DNA of 64,000 nt from contig NW_004797466.1 of the NCBI RefSeq assembly GCF_000002075.1, forward strand, positions 622,381 through 686,380. The letters are read 5' to 3'. Of the stretch, positions 40,701 to 53,100 are shown piece by piece. Numbering within the stretch: the stretch's first letter is position 1; every line of letters starts with the position of its first letter. This DNA is from Aplysia californica (Eukaryota). The translations under genes and the position numbers were made by a program. The notes under the pieces are model-generated. The model made no database searches. It saw nothing but the letters and a program-made list of their open reading frames with translations, and was not told the DNA's origin.

Positions 40701-43700
40701 AAGGATTATTTTTTTTCTTTCCTCCTGCAAGACTCACACAGTCACCAATAAGTATTTTGTGCACATTGCTCTGACCAACCTCGATGGCTTCATCTTCATT
40801 ATCCTCCTCTCGTGGCTGGTCACTCCTCAAAGACTCTTGGGAGTTTCTGGACATCCGGGATTGTTTTGATGTCTTTGACCCTCGACGCTGCTGACTTCTC
40901 TCTGCTATTCTTTTCTGGGCCTCTTCCTGGATAAAATCACAAAAAAGAAAATAAAAATGACCGACAAAGTATTTACAGATATATCTCGTTGCAAAATGTC
41001 ATAACCTTATATTGTCATGATGAAAGTTCAAAACAATAAACACAGATGCCCAGGCACACCCTGCATAAGTTACTTCCAAATTATACTGTGATATTTCAGG
41101 AAAGAAATTGGTTTTTTTCCCTCATCTAGGGGACCGTGATCTTTGTTTTAACAGCTCCCTGTTAGATTATTATTAAGAAGTGGGATCTCATACTTAAACA
41201 TTCACCTCGAAAGGCTTGTGCCAAGAGGGTGGAGTCTTTTAGACAGTAGTCTTGCATGAAACAAACTGATGCTACAAGTGTTTATTCATGAGTATATATA
41301 TATAAGAATTTGTAAGTGAGTGCATCAATGCACATTCCTGAGTCTGCCTGTACTAGTGCACACATGCTTTTGTCTGAGGGCACATGTTGACCAGTTCATG
41401 TGCTTATGTATATGTTGCCGCTGTTACGAGCAATCCACCTTAGTCTAAATTTTCGAGAAATTTCAGTTTTTAACCCTCCCAAAGCTCTCTCAAAGATGCA
41501 CCTTTAAGCACCATCAAAATGCAGTTTAGTGCTACGGTCAAGGCTTACAATTTTCTTGCTTTTCATGCTTCCTGATAGAACAACACAATAAAAGCTTGTT
41601 TTTTGTTTCGGGTGTAAAAAGTACCCAAACGGACCTGAGTAGATTGCTTGCTACACTGGCAGTATGTACAGATTTTTGGCGCTTGAACATGCACATGTGG
41701 GCTTTACTTTTCTCTTTACATTGAATTTCAATAAGAGTAATATATAATTTAATTTCTATGTATACCTGAATGTGTTTTTACAGTCCAGTGCAGCCAAGAA
41801 AAGATTTCCTGTGAGACAATTAAGTATTACCTTATCTTATCTTAAATGTTTGTGCATGATCTTGTTTATGCTTGTGTGTACATATACGTGTGTTCATCCC
41901 ACCTTCCCCTGCTGCTGCTTCTCATATTTCTCCATTTGGTCTTTGTACATGGCCTCTTTCCTCATGAATTCCTCCTCATGTTTCTCTCTCTCCTCCATCA
42001 GTTCTTCCTCCATTTCAAGCTTCCATCTAGCTAAGTCTTCTGATTTGTTTGTTTCCTCCCTGCAAAATAAATACATAAATAAATAAAATAAAGACCATAA
42101 CAAAGCAATAAAGTATGAAGATGCAAACCATCAATGTTTGAAGTGTAATGGTTCAATTAAACATTTGCTTTGTAAGCCAAGAGCACCAGTTCAGTTCCAA
42201 TATGGAGAAGAGGTCTTATCAGAGGTCTCTTCATGTGACCTAGATAGTGTCAATGGGGGGTGAGAAATATTTACTACTTATGACAAATTATGGGTATTGA
42301 TATTTGCTAGTGAAAGGTGCCAGTACTTTTTATTTGCAGAAACATTTGAACAGGCTTAATAGCTTTCATGTGAATAAAGAAGGAGATATCAGCATTATTA
42401 TTCAAGGATTAGAAATCAGAGAAGTTGTTGTTTTTTTTCAGAAAAAATAGTAAAATATTAAATATTCAAGGTTACCAAATTCATAGGCACAGAAACTACA
42501 GTCATGGTGCGAAAGCAAAGCAATGATTTATCATAAAAATACAATACACACCTGAAAAAATGCCGACTTTTCTTAGGTAATATTGCACTTACACTTACAT
42601 ATTACGGATCTGAACTAATTTCACATCTCTAGTCCCTGGTTACCCAAGAAAGTTTTTGTGCTGGAGCGCCACTCGAGCACTTTCACAGGCACTGGTGACA
42701 TTTCATACCCACAACGCCCTGATCATCTGCACCTCTGAGGTCTCACTTGGATTGGGTAACATTTACCTCCAAGTCGCACCCCCTCCTTCCCTTCCTTGCC
42801 TGGCAGCATGGCGTAAAGGTTAGAGCCGTTGGAATCAAAATTGATACTTTTGTTTCAAATCAGGGCTGAGTGGGCAAAGCATTTTCCATCTTAGGTAAAA
42901 ACCCTCCAAAGGGAAGAATTTCTCTCTCTGTTTCCGCATTAAACAGGTTTCCGTGTTATAGAGGTAATAAAGAGGAATTTATCAGGGGGGGGGGGGGGAG
43001 ATTCCGTCGAGACAGGCTTTCGTCTCTATTATAGATAAACTTTAATTTGCTTCTTAATTACCAAGATTGTATTGAAAGCCCCGTAACACTCAAACTCAGA
43101 CAACAACAAAGACTCACTTCCTGATCTGTAGCTTGACAGGTGTGTTGGTGTATTTCTGTAGCTCCCGTAAGGCCTTGACTTCTTTCCATGTGTGAATCAT
43201 GCTCTTCAACAAAGTGCGGTCTATCTGTTCTTCCTTATCTCTCAAGAAACGCGTTTGTCTGAGAAAAATAAGGAAAATTAATCAAGTTAGAGAGCATCCT
43301 TAAATACAAGCAGCTAATTCTGATAAGCCTTATCGATTCAAGTAAAAAGTATTCATGAGAACATAATATTCCAATCTAGGGCCGTCTCTTCAACCGGATC
43401 TCATCTGCCACTGGCCTCTCTCTTGTTTTAGTGGATGGTTGGCGGGTGCTCTGATGTGGTTTGTTTCTTCTTTCCTATCAAACATCTATCGTCCTTATCT
43501 CCCCTTCTTCTTTTTTATGTTTGTTACTCTCTTGTAGCACCTCTAATCTTCTGGCGCTCATATGACCTTATGCAGTTGCGAGCGCCGTAAAACCTCTACT
43601 AAAACTAACTCTCCTGTCTTATTTAAAATTACTTCTTTTCATGTCTGATTTTGTCTTGCCATTTAATCTTGAGAATTTTTAAGAGACATCTAGCAAAAAA

Positions 43701-46700
43701 TATTTTAGTTTAGTTTTCTTGCGTGCACCAGCTGTCGACTATCATACAAATGGAACATTTATAGCTGTTTAACTGCTGAAATTAACCGACAGACCTCATG
43801 TTCGTGTGTATAAATGCATCATCCGAGTTGATTCACATCTGTTCAATTCTTTACGTAACAACTTACATATTCTACTGAGCCAAATACGACAAATAGGGCA
43901 AGGACCATCATGTTTCATTCCCTTATGACAGCTGCCAACCAATGATGATGTTTTTAATATTCACTGCTTTTTGTCAAGAGCCCAATGTTCTTTTGAGCAC
44001 TATTTGTAAGTGATTCTACCATAACATTAATACTTCCTGTGCTGTTTATTGTTCTGTCCCACATGTTTCTTACTGTCTTTATTTTTTTTTAAAAACAACA
44101 GAAAAAAGGGAGTAGGCTCATGCAGTGGTGAAGTCTGTCCTTCTGTAGTTATCTCAAGGATTCTACCAACCTGATTTCACACTTGTAATCCCGTAGCCTT
44201 CTTTCATAATTGTCACGGTCTGCCACCGACATCTCACCCTAAGGAAAACAAAACAACGTTCACTTTAGACCTGAGAAGCCACCAACTAGTTCTTTTATCT
44301 CCCAGCCAGGGTTGGTGATTTTTTTGATTTTTAAAATAAAAATTTTAAAAATCGATTTTTTAAATTTAAATCAGATTTTTTAAATTTAAATCGGATTTTT
44401 TTTATTTAAAAAAAAATGCCGACTCAGTTTGGGATTTTTGGTGGCTAAAAGTAAGTTCTTTTAGTGCAAAATGCATTGTCTTTAATTTAACTAATGATTA
44501 ATTTAAGCAACTGCAATTTTAGAAAGCCTTAATCTGCTATATCAGTGAATTATGGCTACAGAAAAAAAATGAAGAAAATGTCAGTCTAAAAGGAAGGAGG
44601 GGGGAGGGGGTAATTATGCATAGATAAACTTGCATTTTATCACAGTGTGTGTGTGCACGCGCGCTTGTGTTTGTATAAAAAGAAAAAGAAAAAGCTAATT
44701 TCAATTATGAAAAAAGAGTAAATTGAATACAGTAATTATTTTACTACTTACAGTGACAGGGGTGAAAGCAGACTTTTAAGCATGATTTTTTAGTCTACTA
44801 AACCTTATATCTGTTTTATAAAACCAAGGAAAGGAATTCTGACTGTTTAAAGATGTAAAAACAGAATACATTTTTTAAAGTGATTTAAATCACTGAGTTT
44901 TATTTTTTAAATAAAGTTGATTAAAATTTTTTTTTAATCAACTAAATCAACCCAACCCTGGTTTTCAATTATGAAAAAAAAGTAAATTGAGAACTTAAAT
45001 GAGAACTGTATTATTTTACAGTGACAGGGGGGAAAGCAGACTTTTAAGCATGATTATATTAGTCTACTAAACCTTATATCTGTTTAATAAAACCAAGGAA
45101 AGGAATTCTGAATGTTTAAATATATGTAAAAGCTGAATACATTTTTTGAAAAGTGATTTAAATCACAGATTTAAAAAAAAAAATCAAGTTGATAAAATTT
45201 AAAAAATCAACTGATTTAAATCAAACCAGCTCTGATTTCCATGAAAAAAAAAGTAAATTGAATACTGTATTATTTTACAGTGAAAGGGGGGAAAGCAGAC
45301 TTTTAAGCATGATTATATTAGTCTACTAAACCTTATATCTGTTTAATAAAACCAAGGAAAGGAATTCTGAATGTTTAAATATATGTAAAAGCTGAATACA
45401 TTTTTTGAAAAGTGATTTAAATCACAGATTTAAAAAAAAAAATCAAGTTGATAAAATTTAAAAAATCAACTGATTTAAATCAAACCAGCTCTGATTTCCA
45501 TGAAAAAAAAAGTAAATTGAATACTGTATTATTTTACAGTGAAAGGGGGGAAAGCAGACTTTTAAGCATGATTATATTAGTCTACTAAACCTTATATCTG
45601 TTTTATGAAACCAAGGAAAGGAATTTTGAATGTTGAAATGTGTAAAAACTGAATAAAAATACATTTTTTTAAAAGTGATTTAAATTACTGATTTTTATTT
45701 TAAAAATCAAGTTGATTTAAATAAAAAAAATCAATTGATTTAAATCAACCTGATTTAAATCAACCCAACCCTGCTCCCAGCAGCACTCCTTTAGAGACCA
45801 AGGGCACAAATTAACACCCAAGCATAATTACACTTCAAAATAAACCAGTCAAACTCTTTGTACTATCTAATTTACCTTTTCTAAACCTTTACTTCCAAAC
45901 TAAAAGTGAATACATTCTTTTTTTTATCTGTGAGGTAGACATTTACTAGAAATAGAATTGTTCCAATCTTAGCGATGGACATGTTTTTCTGGAAAACACT
46001 GTCAGCAGCTATATCCCTTGTTGGTCAGCCAACCAGAGCTAAGGTACTGACCCTTTTGACATGAACAGGCAACACTAAATGCTTCAAGTCATGTACTTGT
46101 ATTATATTCAGAACAGTTCAAAATTTAACCCTTTTTACCTCACTGCAAAAGAGCTATGGTTCGCCAAATGTTTTCTCTTGCCACATAGAGCACAGTTAAT
46201 TGTGAAGTAAGTCATCTGCCCCCTGTTTATCCCTGCTCCTCAATAAATTGACTGCTTAATTTACAACTCGACCATCAGACATTTTGAAAAGAAATAAGAC
46301 GGAGTCTTACACTGAACAGTCAAAATGATCTTTAACTTAAAGACAGAAACTAAACAACGTGTAATACCATTTTCCTACAACTAGCCTTTGTGCAGAGTAT
46401 AAACTTAAAATAACCGTCTTATGTTCATGCTCCTGGTTTCACAAAAAATCTTCTTGTTAAAAAAAACACATCAGCAAAGAAATGAGAACATAATTGATGC
46501 TCTAGAAAAAGCTATCTTTGGATCATAACATTACCTTGTGTGCGGCTATGTAGTCATGGAGGAGGGCTGCAGAGTTCTTCAAAGCTGCCAGCTGAAAGAG
46601 AAATGTAATAATTAAATAATAATAGATTCATTTGTATAGCACAAATTCCCGCTCAACAGCAAGCTCTATGCACTTTACAATCAATACTATTATCCAAGGA

Positions 46701-49700
46701 GACCTGATAGCATTCTGAAACAATCTTAACTTCCTGGGAAGTATACATTGTAAGCTGTAGTTTATCGGCACTAAAATACTAATATACTGACAAGATCTTT
46801 TGCTGTCTATGGCTGGGTACCTATTCCCACCTGGGAGAAGTGAGGAAAATTCGAGTCTAGTGCCTTTCCTAAGGACACAACGTCGGGACTGCGGCTCAAA
46901 CCCCCAAACTCACGATTACGAGTCACCTTTCAAAGCAATATACAGAAGCTCAAAAAGCAAAGGTCCCCTTTAGTTTTAGTTTTCTTAACAGTTCTAGAGC
47001 CTTTGCAACACAATATGGTCAAATAAGTACCAAAGATTGGAAGTGTTATTAAAGAGAAACATGCAAAGAAAAGAAGGAGAAATAAAGATGATAGATGTGG
47101 AACACACCACATCAGAGTGCCTGCCAACCACCCATGCTATGGCATCAGTGAGAAGGTCAGGTGCTTTGCAGGTTCAAGAAACGACAGTAAACTATTTCAA
47201 AGTTTTAACAGAAGAATGCAAAAATCAATCAAAGTAAATCTCTTTTCCACCCATTTACCTTTGTTTACATTCCTCCCGCCTCCTTCACCTTCTCTTTCTT
47301 TCTCTTTCTAAATATCTCTCCTTTTCTGTCTCTCTGTCGCTTTTTTCCTACTTTAAATGACAGCTATTATGTCAATGTGCTTCTATCTACTCAAATCAAA
47401 CTTGAACCCTTTCTTTTATTTTCTGTGTCTTTTTCTTTCTGTTTCTCACTCTTTCTTCTGTCTCCTTCATTTCACATCCCATAAAAACCTAACATAATAA
47501 ATAGCGCATATCCCAACTCAACAGTATGCTCTTTGCACTTTATAATTATTATTACCCTAGCAGACCCTAAAACACTCAGAAACATTCATGGCATCCCGGG
47601 AAGCATACAGTGCAAACAGCTGATAAAGCACTAAAACACTAACAAACTGACAAGATCTTTCGCAGTCTACAAAAAACAACAACAAGCAAACGACAAACGA
47701 ATCTGGCCGACTCGCCTTCTCCAGAAGGAACTCAGTCATATTCCGTTTGCTGCGGCTGAGGTATTCCTGGTACAGCAGAGTCAGCTTGTGGGACAGCACG
47801 TGCTCTTTGCTGAACAGGTGGTGGTGGCTGAAGGACACCGAGTTGATGTCTACGTCCAGCTGGTAGAAGCCGCCCCCATCTATAGCACCGTCAATGTAGC
47901 GGCTGTCAAACTCCCTCATGATAGCCTGGCACAGGCACAGGGAGAGAGGTAGAAGGGGGGGGGGGGAAGGAGAGAGATAGGGTAGAGAGTGAAGGAAGGG
48001 GGATGTGGAGGTGAAAGGAGGGAAGGGGGGGGGGGGGGACAACAAGACCATAGTCAATAAAATTTGTAACAACCTCAAGATGGGGACAACGATGACATAC
48101 ATCCTTAATATATTAGAAATCCCCAAAGAAGCCAAATCGAAACAATGTGGTGCCTTCAACAGGTAAAAGTGTTACTTGCACATCTATTAGCAAAGTATTT
48201 TAATTGTACAATACCATCTCTTACCTTCCACCATCATGATGATGATGATAATCACAGCAACACAGGATATAAGGTAATTCCCCCCCCCCCCCCCATATGA
48301 ACAGAGAGGAAATTATGCAGCTTTTGTTTGACTCAGGAAAGGCAGCATAACCAATCTGGAGACACGTCTGACATTGTGTCTTTTGAAAAGACCTTTCAAA
48401 GAATATTTCTCAACATTAGACTGTCAGGCTTGCCAACTTTTTCAAAACCAAACCAAGGACACTCAATGTCATAACATCAGATTAAGTAACAATGGACAAA
48501 ATTGCATAATACAGGAGTTTGGAGTATTTGAGCAGTTCGACAACAAAGCCCGACAAACATCACTTTCTAAGTTTGGCCAAAACAAGTACCGCTGTTTCTA
48601 GAAAGGGGAAGCACATTTCAGAGTACACTTCTATTTTTACAAACATATCTTTTCCTCTCAAGCAAATTGAAGGTAGTTGTGCATTTTTTTTTTTAACAAA
48701 ATGCGACAAAAACGGTACACCACTTTTTTATAAACCGCGACATATCCTTTGTGCGCAATCAAGTTCTTTCCTGGAGTCATGTGACTTCACTTGTGGTTGA
48801 TGAAAGTTTGTCAGTGGTTCTTTCCCTTCCTCGCAAATATAATGTGGATATGTTGCGTTTTGGTTTTTAAAAAAAAAATTTACGCGGAAATTTCATCAAT
48901 TGTCATCTGCCCATCTTCACCAAACCACTTGGAAGGCTGTGGGACATCACAGAACAGTTCATTTAAAAATCATTTTTACAAAAACTTTTTAGAGAGAGCA
49001 CACACACACAGTGCAGCGTGAAGACTTCTATCCTAGTCATACCTCACAGTGCACCAGCAGTGGAATTGTAGTTGCAACGCAGGCAGTTCGACATTTGAGC
49101 GCTTATCACGTCGGGGTCACCGGGTTCAGCTCATTGTCGCCACTCTTGCTGGGCTGACTTAATTTTAGGTACTTTTTCAACTTAACATTTTGGGTGTATC
49201 CTTGTATCAATGGTAATTATCTTTTAATGCACCCAAAGCATGAATTTCTCCTCATGAGACTTTAAAAAGAATGAACATTGTAACTTGTCTGGTTATTTTG
49301 TTAGACGCCTTGAAGTTGGCAATGCTAAATTGCGATTTTTTTTTGGACAAGTGTGAAAAAAAGAAATCAAAAGAAAATAATTATTTTAAAAATATCTGAG
49401 TGGGGGAGAGTCTTTGACACACTGGCATCTCTTTTACGAGGTGAACTATAGCATCTGTTCCACATTTTTATGCATCTGCAATAGACATGGACTAACCTTG
49501 TAGAAAACCGTCTCCAGATAAGGCACTTCATCATCAGGCAATGGTGGTCGGGTGGGTGTCTCTCTCAACGGGTTGGGTAAGATGGTCATCTGTCCATCTT
49601 CACCAAACCACTTGGAAGGCTGTGTGCACATCACAGAACAGTTCACTTTAACATCTTGTTTTANNNNNNNNNNNNNNNNNNNNNNNNNNNNNNNNNNNNN

Positions 49701-50029
49701 NNNNNNNNNNNNNNNNNNNNNNNNNNNNNNNNNNNNNNNNNNNNNNNNNNNNNNNNNNNNNNNNNNNNNNNNNNNNNNNNNNNNNNNNNNNNNNNNNNNN
49801 NNNNNNNNCATCCCTGGTAGACTAATGCAATCATTAAGAAAACAAAAACTTGTATTACTACAGATAATTACCCAGGATTACATTTTAAATGAATGCTAAC
49901 CTCATCAGGAAGTAAAAGTAAAGTAACCTTTTATTCATAAGAGTAGTCACCATCAATGGTGTGTACTTTAAAAAACACTGTGAAAGTAGCGTGTGTATGT
50001 GGGAGGGAGGGAGCAAGGGAGAGGGGAGG

Positions 50030-50112
<83 letters not shown>

Positions 50113-53100
50113 AGAGAAAGGAGTATGGCGAGGTGGACAAATAAAGACAAAGAGAGAGAGAAAGGTGGAGAAGCAGGGAGAAAAGAAAAGAAAACAAGAG
50201 AGGGTAAGGGGGGGGGGGGGGGTAAAGCAAGAAATAAAGCAAGAAAAAGAAAGCAAAATAGGGGGAATTTCTAGGACACCAAAGCGAAATATAACATTGC
50301 CTACCCCCCCCCCCCCCCCTCTCCTTATTTTCTACAAGAAACAGAGTCACTGACCTGTTTCAAGTGCTCTGCTTCCTTGAGGAGTCTGCTCTCCATCCTG
50401 TTCTTGTTCCTGTCAGCCACGTATGGTTTCTCGCCCACATAAAATCCTTCGTCTTCCAGGAATCTCGGCTCGAGCTCCTCCCCCACAACCGCAGACGCTG
50501 GTTCTAAAAAAACAAAACAAAAAGGGAAAGTGGGAAAGTTAACATCAAATAAATATGAATAACCATTGCTCAAGTGCGTTGGGCGGGAGCTTAGAGCCCA
50601 ATAACATAATAAGAAAAATATCATACTAATAAAAACAATAATGACCGTGCTTATGAAGAAAAGTCTAGTTTTAGTTTTAATAAGGTTTTACGACATTTGA
50701 AACACTATTAGGTTCGAAAAATGCAGAAGATTAGACATTTACTAGAAAGTAACATATTGAATGAAAAGAATAATAAAAATAATAAATGACAACAATATGT
50801 GATCATGACAATAAAATGACAATAATAATACTAATAATGATAATACTAATAATAACAATAATAGTAGTAGTAGTAGCAGTAATAATAACAATAATAATTA
50901 CAACATAAGCAATAGTAATAAAAATATAGCAATAACCAAAATAGTAAAAATAATATATCAGTAACACAATACCATTGATCAAAACTATAACACTAAAAAT
51001 AATGATAACACTGCTAATGGTACTAATAATGCTTCTAATAGTAATGATAAAAATAATAGTAATAACTATGTGTGCAAAGATCCTCCGACCAACAGGTCTG
51101 CAAAAGCTTTTTTTTCTTTATCAAACTTAAACCAGAAGCTAAATGCCACGGCAGGAATAACAATAGGAAGTATTCTTTAAAAGCATTTTTTTAATTTAAA
51201 AAAAAAACTGAATGTGTTAAGACAGTAGCACAGCACAACTACGCATGGGGGCCTCCTTACGTTTGGCACTTGAGGGATGGAATAACATTTCCTGCTCAGC
51301 CTTCTCGATGATCGCTGGCTCCATCATATAGGCTTTGCGCACCGCTGTAGGGCCATAACCTTCCTCAGTGTAGTCAGCGTCATCCAGAAGTTTGGCAAGC
51401 TCTGTGAAAAGGAGCAGAGATACAGAATATGAAGTGAGGAGTACTCTATAAGTGTCACTGCAAGTAAATGGGAGAATAACTTCCCATATGGGCAATAAAG
51501 CTACATTCTTATTCTCTTTTTTTTTTTTCCAAGTTCTTAAGTAGGCGTGGGGAAACTACAGGCCACAGGCCAGATCTGGCTCATGAAAAATTTCAGTATA
51601 TCCCGCAAGTCGACCCAGTAATTGATATAATAATGAATGTGGCTCACTATGAGTTGGTGAATTAATCAAATTAAAACAGTCCCTTTAGAAAATTTAAATC
51701 AGTAGCTTCCAGTGGGCTGGAAGCACTAGATCTAATAATACTAATATTTTATCTCATGAAATGCCTTTGAGTGACATATACTACAGTATCAATTTTGATA
51801 GTCTTTTTAGAGTTTGGATATTTTGACTGCTTTTACCCAGTTGTCTCCTGCTTTGGCGCGTGAGGTATTTGGAATGGCTTAACCTGGCCCATGACTTGGG
51901 ACAGGTTTGAGTATGCCTACTTTAACCCTTTGAACTCTGACCTCTTGAGGCTACTGTGCCCCTCTGTCCGAGCTCCTGAGCGATTCACGCCTACATTACT
52001 CTCACATTTATATCATCATCAGAACCCCATTCCAAATCCCACTAAGGGTAGAAGATCTAGTCCTCATCGTTACCAGCACCTAATTCAGAAAGGTCTTCGA
52101 TATAATCAATAATATACTTTGTAGCAAACACTCCGTGCGTGTTTTGTTCCAGACGAACCGGGTTGGAAATAAGGCCTCGCTCACTGGTGGACCAGTGGTT
52201 AGGCATACAGGCAATTTTAAGTGCCATTGGTGTTAGTTTTAGTATGGTTTTACGGCGCTCGTAACTGCATAAGGTTATATGAGCGCCAAGGGGTGGATGT
52301 CAACAGAGAAGTCCTTACAGGGAATCAGGCTTACTCTACTCAACTCTCTAGCTTCAACAGCATAAAGTCTACTTCGACTATCAAGGCACCCCGGAAATAG
52401 CGGGTCACAACAGTGTGACAAACATACAAAAGAAGTAGAGGAAAATGACGATAGTAAGGATTAGGAAAAAAAAAGCAGCAGTGCCCTGTTGCAGTTCAGG
52501 CACAGTTATGAGCATGACATTGATAAATCAGCTTATTTACAATTCTACTGTGCATAAGAACATGTTAATGTCCCCCCCCCCCTTCCCCTTTGGGAATGGC
52601 CTAAAGACACTTCAGTCAGTAGCACCATCCCGGGGGTTAAACGGTGGTAAGGGCTCAAAGAGTCAAAGTAAAATGCAACCATACGAAACAGAAAACACAA
52701 ACAGTAACAGCTAGCCAGCCCCTTACACAACCCCCCCTTAAGGTTGTCACCATCAATACTGTTTGGAATATATGTGAAGAACCCTCACAGGACACTTGAC
52801 TACTGAATCCCCCATCACAAAGACAAAATCTTAACTAGAATTACTCTATACTGCTAATCAACCACTTTTTTCCTTCTTAGTACAACAAATTAGAATAAAC
52901 TTTTTCTGATTTACAACCCCAGCCTTATCTCAACCTGCATATATTTTCATTTGAGTGAAATGAAGGAAGAAATAAACACAAAGCTGATGGTGGAAGAGTG
53001 GAGAAATATCATGTCATTTACCTCCTTTGTCTTCTTCTTTTGCAGCTCTTTCCTCTTCCTGATAGAAACAAAAATTTAAAAACAATATCTAATAATACAG

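Noticed and set aside
42821-43029. Possible MITE with TAGAG termini
   Set aside because: Inverted match is too short and there is no clear TSD.
44699-45773. CRISPR-like or functional repeat array
   Set aside because: Units are contiguous with no unique spacers; eukaryotic context inside a hAT element.
49885-50353. Long ERERER/SLSLSL ORFs
   Set aside because: Translation of a (GA)n microsatellite.
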